A DNA stretch of 64,000 nucleotides from Octopus bimaculoides (taxonomy: Eukaryota), in assembly GCF_001194135.2 (NCBI RefSeq), contig NC_068984.1:134298760-134362759 (forward strand). Direction: 5' to 3'. Below are positions 54,707-64,000 of the stretch, in pieces; position 1 is the first letter of the stretch; every line of letters begins with the position of its first letter. A program made the position numbers and the translations under genes. The notes beneath the pieces are model-generated. The model did no database searches. It worked only from the letters and a program-made list of their open reading frames with translations, and had not been told where the DNA came from.

Positions 54707-55845
54707 CATACAAACATGTATATATGAATGTATGTGTGTGTAGTCAATGATTAAATGATAACACCACCAAGCCTGTTTAATGAGTAGGGTGGTCTTTGGA
54801 CACCCTGCAGAATGAAAAACAAGACCTATCAAAGAGTGGATGAAATTAGGAGAGCCGACAGCTATCCAACTGAGACTACCTAACGGTTGCCAAGAAACAC
54901 TCTCATGTACAACCTGTGGTTTCACATGATTACTGGCTATCTATTTTTGGTCTGTCACAGGTTAAAAATCACAGTGACTTAGAGAGTGGTACTTGAGTTG
55001 TTCAAGCATTTATCACTATAATCCAATGATGCACAGATGTCTCTTTATAGTAACCTCATTTGCTATTCCATATACTGCAAATTCTGTAGTGATGTAAGAG
55101 TGACAATGTGTACGGGCTTAACCAGCTAGAAATACAGTTAAGCAGATTTGCAGTGAGTCTGAACAGTCATCTGAGAGGTCATGGATGGAAAGACTTAATG
55201 CTATTGATAATGAGAAAGCAAAAACAGATGGCAATCATCTGTGAAGACAGAGCAATCATCATATGTGTGTATATATATATATATACATAACTGACACTCT
55301 GTTGGTTACAATGACAAGGGTTCCAGTTGATCCGATTAATGGAACAGCCTGCTCATGAAATTGATGTGTAAGTGGCTGAGCACTTTAAAGACATGTGTAT
55401 ACTTAACGTAATTCTCAGGGAGGTTCAGTGTGACACATAGTGACAACATGACAAAGCTGGCCCTTTGAAATACAGGTACTACCCATTTTTGCCAGCTGAA
55501 GGAACTGGAACAACTTGAAATAAAGTGTCTTGCTGAAGGNNNNNNNNNNNNNNNNNNNNNNNNNNNNNNNNNNNNNNNNNNNNNNNNNNNNNNNNNNNNN
55601 NNNNNNNNNNNNNNNNNNNNNNNNNNNNNNNNNNNNNNNNNNNNNNNNNNNNNNNNNNNNNNNNNNNNNNNNNNNNNNNNNNNNNNNNNNNNNNNNNNNN
55701 NNNNNNNNNNNNNNNNNNNNNNNNNNNNNNNNNNNNNNNNNNNNNNNNNNNNNNNNNNNNNNNNNNNNNNNNNNNNNNNNNNNNNNNNNNNNNNNNNNNN
55801 NNNNNNNNNNNNNNNNNNNNNNNNNNNNNNNNNNNNNNNNNNNNN

Positions 55846-55899
<54 letters not shown>

Positions 55900-55903
<4 letters not shown>

Positions 55904-56232
55904 AACTGACACTCTGTTGGTTACAATGACAAGGGTTCCAGTTGATCCGATTAATGGAACAGCCTGCTCATGAAATTGATGTGTAAGTGGCTGAGCACTT
56001 TAAAGACATGTGTATACTTAACGTAATTCTCAGGGAGGTTCAGTGTGACACATAGTGACAACATGACAAAGCTGGCCCTTTGAAATACAGGTACTACCCA
56101 TTTTTGCCAGCTGAAGGAACTGGAACAACTTGAAATAAAGTGTCTTGCTGAAGGATGCAACATGTCTCCAGGAATTGAACTTACAACCTTACGATCATTA
56201 GCCAAATACTCTAACTACTAAGCCACACACCT
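55900..56232 (-). mobile_element. tRNA-derived SINE (family C); 55286-55539 is an identical duplicate across a gap
   Basis: Minus head with B-box-like gttcaattcc; identical 254-bp copies on both sides of an N gap. Confidence 0.6.
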
Positions 56233-57399
56233 TCACAACAATATTTTGACACAAATGATAATTAAATGTTGAAGTGATGCTCATGGTTTTTGTGTGTTCA
56301 TGAATGGCTTACAATTATCTTGTGCTGCAATTGTTTTTGTTTCAGCACACAATCTAAGATCAAGTCACTTGCTATGCAAGTACATCTCCATATATATATA
56401 TATATATAAATAAAATCATCATCTTCATCACCATTGTTTTATCCTTTACTTTTTTATGCATGCATAGATCAGTCAGACAAGAGTGTGATGGGGCAGAGTT
56501 TTCTAAAGCTGAGCTGAAAGCCCTTCTTGATGCCAAACCCTGCTTGTTTTCAAGCAAAGTAATAATCTTCCAGTTTCTTAACCAAAGAATCTGGGCATGA
56601 TTATGCAGAAAACTGGAAACAAGTGACTCAATATTTTGTTGAAGGTTTAACTTGGTCAGGTATGAAATCAGGTACTTTATATGAATTCTATTTTGATTCA
56701 TAATTGCAACAATACTTTTTGTACTTGTAAAGAAGAATAGCAGATGTGACTATTATGATAATGTATGATGGCAAAATACTTGCTGTTACATTCTTAAAGC
56801 ATCCATGCAGCAGTATACCAATAAGGTTAATAGTGCCAAATATGAATGAAGAGTAATTTGTACAACTCTTATTAATTGATTGCATGGTTTTAGTGCATTG
56901 TACATAAAACATTAAATGCTTTGTATGTTAATGATATTGCCATTACACATTTGTAGGTCACTGGTTACCTGAAGAGACACGAGATTATATAATTCAGAGG
57001 AGAGAACTAATATAAAAAATTGCACAGATACTTAAAATAGATAAAACTGGTTTTGGTTAGGTATATACCAAACCAGCTAAAAATAAGAACAGGAAGCTTT
57101 CAGTACTGTAAAGATATATATATTTCAGGATATTTAGTTGAAAGAAACTTCTTTTAAAAGCAAACTATAGATATAATTTTCAAACCAACTGAAATGTTCC
57201 AGCAGACTTTAAGGATTTCAATAAAATTCATAACATGTTATCACCACACATCAGACACTGACTTCAAAACTAATCATAATTTTCAATGCTTAATCAGATT
57301 TTATAGATAGATATGTTATAATCTTAGAGCTAAGTCATTTCATCATGATCATCTTGTATAAACATGATGTATAAACTTTCCACGGTTTTTTTTTTTTTA

Positions 57400-57710
57400 A
57401 CAGGTTGGGTGTACAGTCATGAATTAACTTGAAGGTAGGAGTCCTCCAGGGCTCAGTTTTCAGTCCACTTTTATTTATCATAGTTCTCTAGTCATAATAG
57501 AAGCATCTGAGATGAGCTGCTCTTGGAAAGTCCTATATAACCAGATGTCCTAATTCTTAAAGCTGAATTGTAGTAGGACAAGGAAGAGATTTAATACATG
57601 GAAGTAAAACCTAGAATCAAATGTGCAAAGAATTTGCTGTTAGAAACAAGAATGTGTGGGGATGTCTTGAAGAGGAAATTGGGCAAAGGGCCCCGTTGTG
57701 CATGTATATA
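57400..57710 (+). mobile_element. Degenerate RTE LINE reverse-transcriptase fragment
   Basis: LKVGVLQGSVFSPLLFIIVL motif (GVxQGSVLSPLLF). Confidence 0.7.
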
Positions 57711-57719
57711 CACACACAA

Positions 57720-58782
57720 CACTTCCAGGACTCAGTTTCGCTAATGTTGTTGGGTTTTCTTGAAAACTGCATACTGCCAGTTATCCTAGTTCTCATCACC
57801 TCCTCCATAAAGTTCAAAGTCCTGAGACCAGTATTCACCTCTTCATCCCATGTCTTTCTGGTTCTCCTCCTTCTGCTAGCTCCAAACACATTAAGTGAAT
57901 GGCACTTCTTTACACAACTGTTCTGACTCATATGCATCACATGTCTGTATCAGAGCAGTCTTCTTTCTTGCACGCTACTTCTGATTCCTGCATACCCATT
58001 TTTTTCTCAGCACATTTTTACACTGTCATTCATGCACATTTATATTGCACCTCCAACTGAGCATGCTTGCTTCATTTCTATCCCATCTTCTGAAGTCCTC
58101 AGCATTTAAGGCCCATGATTCACTACCATGCAACGTCTCACTTCTAACACAAGTGTTGTACAATCTGCCTCTCATTTTGAGGGAAAATGTTTTTGTTGAC
58201 AGCAATGGTAGTGGAACTTTCTGAAACATGTTCTTACTCTGGCATACCTTTCTTTCCACGGGTTATGGTCTCACTTAGCTTGCTGGGTCTTCTCAAGCAC
58301 AACATATTTCCAAAGGTCTCCATCACTAGTCATTGCCTCGGTGAGGCCTAATGTTCGAAGGTCATGCTTCACCACCTCATCCCAGGTCTTCCTGGGTCTA
58401 CCTCTTCCACATGCTCCCTCAATCGCTAGGGTGTGACACTTCTTCACACAGCTATCCTCATCCGTTCACAACACATGACCATACCAGCGCAGTTGTCTCT
58501 CCTGCACACCACATCTGATGCTTCTTAGGTCCAACTTTTCTCACAAGGCACTTAAACTCAGTTGTGTATGCACACTGACATTGCACATTCAGCGGAACAT
58601 ACTGGCTTCATTCCTTGCATGCTTACGCATGTCCTCGGCAGTCACAGCCCATGTTTCACTGCCGTGTGGCATGGCTGTTCATACACATGCGTCATACAGT
58701 CTAGCTTTTAATCTGAGCGAGAGGCCCTTTGTCACCAGCAGAGGTAGGAGCTCTCTGAACTTTGCTCAGGCTATTCTTATTC
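57720..58782 (-). mobile_element. Stacked RTE LINE 3' fragments (several copies)
   Basis: [65 protein letters not shown]. Confidence 0.9.
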
Positions 58783-58994
58783 ATATATATNNNNNNNNNN
58801 NNNNNNNNNNNNNNNNNNNNNNNNNNNNNNNNNNNNNNNNNNNNNNNNNNNNNNNNNNNNNNNNNNNNNNNNNNNNNNNNNNNNNNNNNNNNNNNNNNNN
58901 NNNNNNNNNNNNNNNNNNNNNNNNNNNNNNNNNNNNNNNNNNNNNNNNNNNNNNNNNNNNNNNNNNNNNNNNNNNNNNNNNNNNNNNNNNNNNN

Positions 58995-59025
<31 letters not shown>

Positions 59026-59217
59026 TATACATATATATATATAGATATACATATATACATATACATATATATATACATACATGCATACATACATATAAAT
59101 ATATATATATATAACCACACATATATATACATACATACCTACATACATGCATACATACATACATACATACATACATACATACATACATACACATATATAC
59201 AATATATAAATATCATT

Positions 59218-59830
59218 CTAACAGTGGAGAGAACCTGTGGAAGAGGCAGACCCAGGAAATTGTGGGATGAGGTGGTGAAGCATGACCTTCGAACATTGGG
59301 CCTCACAGAGGCAATGACAAGTGATCGAGACCTTTGGAGATATGCTGTGCTTGAGAAGACCCAAGCAAGCCAAGTGAGACCATAACCATGGCCTATGCCA
59401 GTGTAGCATAACCGGCCTGTTTAAGAGTACCCTTCAATCATAGGGCGATAAACTGCTTGAGGAGACCTGTTGAGTCAAGTGAAATCATTGTTGTGGCCAA
59501 TGCCAGTACTGCCTGATTGGCACCTGTGCTGGTGGTACGTAAAAAGCACCATTCAAGCATGGTTGTTGCCAGTGCCGCCTGACTGGCTCCCATGCCAGTA
59601 GCATGTAAAAAGCATCATTCAAGCGTGGTCATTGCTAGTGCTGCTTGACTGGCTCCCGTGCCCTGTAAAAAGCATCCACTACACTTTTGGAATAGTTGGC
59701 GTTAGGAAGGGCATCCAGCTGTAGAAACCTTGCCAGATCCGATTGAAGCCTAATGCAGCCTTCTGGCTTGCCAGTCCTCAGTCAAACTGTCCAACTCATG
59801 CCAGCATGGAAAGCGGATGATGATGATGAT
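59218..59830 (+). mobile_element. RTE LINE 3' end with 3' UTR (about three 66-bp internal repeats) and (GAT)n tail
   Basis: [49 protein letters not shown]; repeat units start at 59501, 59567, 59633. Confidence 0.9.
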
Positions 59831-60001
59831 ATATATATAAATAAGTATATATAAATACATATATACATATATATATAAATACATATATGCATACATACAT
59901 ATATGCATATATGTATATATACATACATATATATATAAATACATATATACATATATATAAATACATACATATATATATATATACATGTATATATAAATAC
60001 G

Positions 60002-60062
<61 letters not shown>

Positions 60063-60208
60063 TCATCATCATTATCATTGTTGTTTAACGTCCGCTTTCC
60101 ATGCTAGCATCGGTTGGATGATTTGACTGATGACTGGTGAACTGGATGGCTGCACCAGGCTCCAATCTGATCTGGTTGAGTTTCTACAGCTGGATGCCCT
60201 TCCTAACA

Positions 60209-60242
<34 letters not shown>

Positions 60243-60559
60243 CTCAGTCAAATCGTCCAACCCATGCTAGCATGGAAAGCGGACGTTAAACGATGATGAT
60301 GATGATGATGATGATATATATTCTTTTATTCTTTTACTTGCTTCAGTCATTTGACTGCAGCCATGCTGGAGTACCACCTTTTAATTGAGAAATCGACCCC
60401 AGGACTTATTCTTTGTAAGCTTAGTACTTATTCTATCGGTCTCTTTTTGCTGAACCACAAATTAAAAGAGCAAATGTGAGGAAGAGATGTACTTTGGTTT
60501 GTTGAGGTAGGGTGTGGAAAAAGTTTTATTGTTGTTACATGTAGATGGAGCTCACAGTG

Positions 60560-61025
60560 CTTCTAGAACTCACTTTCACTGAAGTGGGTGGATCTTCTCA
60601 AGAGTGTCATATCACAGACATCTCGGTCCTCACTACTTTATCCCATTTCTTCCTGGGTCTCCCTCTTCCACATGTGCCATCGACTCTCAGTGACTTGCAT
60701 TTCTTTATACAGCTATTTTCATTCATATGCATCACATCCAAACCAACGTAGTCTTCTTTCTAGAATGTTGCATCTGATTGCTTTTATGTCCAACTTTTCT
60801 CTCAACACATTTGTCATATGTGCTTGTTGATGTTGCCCATCCAACAGAGCATACTACCTTCATCTCTCTCTAATCTATATATGTCTTCTGCATTCAGAGC
60901 CCAAGTCTCATGAAGTATAGCTGTTTGTACACAAGCATCATATTATTTACCTTTCACCCTGAGAGAGAGAGAGAGAGAGAATCTTTCTGTTGCCAACAGA
61001 GGTAAAGTTTCTCTGAACTTCCTCC
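60560..61025 (-). mobile_element. RTE LINE 3' ORF2 fragment
   Basis: Same family as 57720-58782 (KFRETLPLLAT, GRGRPRKKW remnants). Confidence 0.8.
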
Positions 61026-61049
61026 AGCCTATATATATATAACACAAAC

Positions 61050-63420
61050 ATAAGAAAAAGAAGGACAGAACAAGAACATAAACATAAAGAAGGAAAGGGA
61101 GAAAAAGAAAAAGGAAAAAATGAAATACCCGAAGCCGAAACACCAACTCACCAAACAAAAAACAGAAAACCCCATGGAGGATCTAATGCAATCCAAAACC
61201 CTAGAGAAGTGAAGAAATTTGGAGGGCACTCAAGGACCTGCAAATTTTACCTGCAAGGCTAATGATGGCATGGGGAAGATGGAAAAAACTGCTGGTTTGC
61301 TCACCCTAGACCCTACAAAAGCTACAGGGGCCTTGAAGAGAAAAACTTCCCAGAGAAAAGACAAAAGTCATCCCCAAGGAAAAAATATAGAAAAGAAGAG
61401 TGCTCTTTAGAGGCTGTGCGCAAAGCAGCAGCTGAGCAAGAGTCTTTTTTGTACATGGCACAAAAGATTGTGCAGCAGCTGACCTGGCTACACCAAGCAC
61501 AAACAAGGAACCTTGCTTGCCACTGCGCAAGACCACTACAGTCAACAGACACAGGATGGCCTCCCCAAATGCCTGCACAGTCATCACGCCAATATTTTTA
61601 GTAAATATTGGGGGCCTGTTGCATCATAACAAAAGCAAAATTTTTTTCGTGAGAGACCTTGCTGCATGCAGTCAAACCCTATGCATAGCACTCGTGGAAT
61701 GGAAATTCATCTCAGCCCTGATATAGAGGATGCAGAAGTACACGTACCAAAATATGCCATCCTGCAAACAGATAGAAGAGAAAGGAGCGATGGTGGAGTT
61801 GCTGTATACATCTGTGATGACCTCGCAACCCAGGTCTTACTGTCATTCAGTATGTGACACTCTAATTGTATACATAAGACAACACAGTATAGTCACATGC
61901 TATACATATTGCCCACCGGATGCTCCAAACCACACAGGCAAGTTTGAAGATGGCCTCACAAGAATTAACGAAATCCTCATGAAAGTGAAACACCACATGA
62001 GCATTATTTCTTATGAGTGATTTCAACTTCCCCAATGTCAAATGGCCCAAAGGGCTCATGCTTTCAGGAATGACTCATTGCAAAGAAGTACAGGTGAGTC
62101 CCTGTTCAACCTCACCAATGCAATAGAGTAAGTTGTACTCAGGCCAACTAGGGCGAATACCATTTTGGATCTCTGCTTCATGAACAATATAGACATCATT
62201 CATAATGTGAAAGTGACGCCGACATTAGTCTCAGAACACAATATAATAGAGCTGTATATGTTTGGGCCAAAAGTAGCCAGAAACATACTGCCTAAAGGAA
62301 GCACCTGAAATCTCTCCAATCTGAACTTCCACAAAGCAGACTAGAAATAGATCCAAAAAGAGATCCTCATACAGGACTGGCTAAAATGGTTCACGAAATA
62401 GATGGTAAATGTTTTCATTTTTCATTCCCTTTCGGAATTATCCCTAATTGTGGTTTGGAGTTTGACTGCTCCTTCCAGTGGGTTAGATGTCCTATTACAG
62501 ACATCTCTCTTATGTGTTTAAATGTACACTGCATGTATTTATAAGAATAATATATAGTTTATTGACTAGTTTTTTTCTTCTCGCTAAACCATTAGTAGCA
62601 AAAAGAATTTCTAAATTTTTTTTGCTACCCTNNNNNNNNNNNNNNNNNNNNNNNNNNNNNNNNNNNNNNNNNNNNNNNNNNNNNNNNNNNNNNNNNNNNN
62701 NNNNNNNNNNNNNNNNNNNNNNNNNNNNNNNNNNNNNNNNNNNNNNNNNNNNNNNNNNNNNNNNNNNNNNNNNNNNNNNNNNNNNNNNNNNNNNNNNNNN
62801 NNNNNNNNNNNNNNNNNNNNNNNNNNNNNNNNNNNNNNNNNNNNNNNNNNNNNNNNNNNNNNNNNNNNNNNNNNNNNNNNNNNNNNNNNNNNNNNNNNNN
62901 NNNNNNNNNNNNNNNNNNNNNNNNNNNNNNNNNNNNNNNNNNNNNNNNNNNNNNNNNNNNNNNNNNNNNNNNNNNNNNNNNNNNNNNNNNNNNNNNNNNN
63001 TATATAGGGAGGTGTACTAGCATAGCAAGTGACCTGATCTGAGATTGTTTGCTGGAACGAAAACAATTGCTGCGTGGAAGGTGTTTATAAGTTATTTCAG
63101 AAACACACAAAAACCGTTAGATTCGCTTCAACATTTAAATTTAATTTGCCAAAATATTTCCATTGCTTTGAGACCGCGACCTGTTCACTGACATGACCTT
63201 TTAAAAGACAGAAGTCAGTTGTGGCCAATGGTGCTCTCTCTCTGGAGAGACATCAATCTGCAGCAGAATTTCTCAGAGAACTGTACTGGGACCACTGCTC
63301 TTTATAATGGTTCTCTTAGTCATACAGTCAGTTACTCTCACCAGCTACACTGATGCTACATAAGTATCACAGGCAGTCAAGGACTCTGATAAAAAACAGG
63401 ATGACCTCCCCCCAAAAAAC
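61050..63420 (+). mobile_element. Degenerate CR1-like LINE: ORF1 with CCCH-like finger, APE endonuclease, RT fragment; interrupted by a gap and another repeat
   Basis: ORF1 CKFYLQG**WHGEDGKNCWFAHP; APE remnants HLSPDIEDAEVHVPKYAILQTDRRERSDGGVAVYI, YCPPDA, DFNFPNVKWP; RT remnants KSVVANGALS, TVLGPLLFI, SYTDAT. Confidence 0.8.
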
Positions 63421-63469
63421 AGAACCTTCAAATCTTTTAATAAAACGACGCAGAGGAATATATCGAGAT

Positions 63470-63895
63470 GAACAGTAGTTCCAGCAAGACAAGGCCATCC
63501 TCATGCATCAAATGATTCCCTAGCCTAGCTGAAAGAGCAATTTCAGGAGAGACTGATCAGCAGGAAGTGTGACGTTGAGTGGGCACTGCATTCACAGGAC
63601 TTGAACCTCCCAGATTTTTATTCGTGGGATATCTCAAGGATAATGTTCACCAGAACAACACTCAAACGATTGGTGAACTGAAGGCAGCAGCCACAGCAGA
63701 AATCAGGGAAATCCCTAAAAAGTAATGTGTTTGAGTAATTGACAATTTTGTGTGATGTATGCAAGTGCTTGTGTAACATATGCCGATTGGAGCGTATTTT
63801 GAAAAGAACATGACTTTTATGCAAATGGAATGATCGTACGCAGACTGAAGTTTAAGTCCAGCAAGTTTCAAGAAATTTACTGGACCTTTGTAGGA
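63470..63895 (+). mobile_element. Tc1/mariner transposase C-terminal relic
   Basis: FQQD...LISRKCDVEWALHSQDLNLPDF...GYLKDNVHQNNTQTIGELKAA (WPPxSPDLNPxDF motif, decayed). Confidence 0.8.
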
Positions 63896-63962
63896 TTTAA
63901 TAAAATGTTTATGGGTTCTGTTTTTTTGGGTTCTGTTTTTTTTTATATAAATATATGAATAT

Positions 63963-63994
<32 letters not shown>

Positions 63995-64000
63995 GAATAT

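Noticed and set aside
55286-56153. Apparent 254-bp tandem duplication
   Set aside because: Identical copies on both sides of an N gap next to a microsatellite: a typical scaffolding or haplotype artefact.
1-64000. Dozens of ORFs made of [16 protein letters not shown] or X runs
   Set aside because: They are translations of (TA)n, (CA)n and (TATG)n microsatellites and N gaps, not genes.
1-64000. CRISPR arrays, operons or other prokaryotic systems
   Set aside because: The sequence is eukaryotic intron-exon DNA; no repeat-spacer arrays seen.

Overview
AT-rich, microsatellite-dense animal genomic DNA with many N gaps. The repeat content (tRNA-derived SINEs, RTE and CR1 LINE relics, very long TA/CA arrays) suggests a coleoid cephalopod, most likely an Octopus draft assembly; this is an inference. 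One host gene is present: an internal part of an alpha-neurexin on the minus strand. I reconstructed seven GT-AG exons (51723-51878, 49564-50350, 48408-48625, 45351-45459, 44419-44493, 42484-43236, 33710-33829; 2218 nt, phases compatible, no stops) encoding the end of LNS2, LNS3, EGF2, LNS4, LNS5 and EGF3. Three of them are absent from, or only partly covered by, the supplied ORF track. The exons for LNS1-EGF1 and LNS6-TM-tail were not found and lie outside the window or in gaps. Top observation: 19 nt before the EGF3 acceptor there is an ATG-initiated, signal-peptide-like 52-nt exon ([17 protein letters not shown]) ending in a consensus phase-1 donor (AAG|GTGAGT). It is a candidate internal first exon for a short beta-neurexin-like isoform. 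Other observations: a decayed copy of LNS3 coding sequence in the adjacent intron, in-frame alternative splice sites around an extended LNS4 loop, decayed minimal hammerhead ribozyme motifs, a 70-nt hairpin, several MITE/foldback elements, and relics of RTE, CR1, RLE-type, Tigger and mariner elements. Almost all other ORFs in the track are microsatellite or N artefacts.
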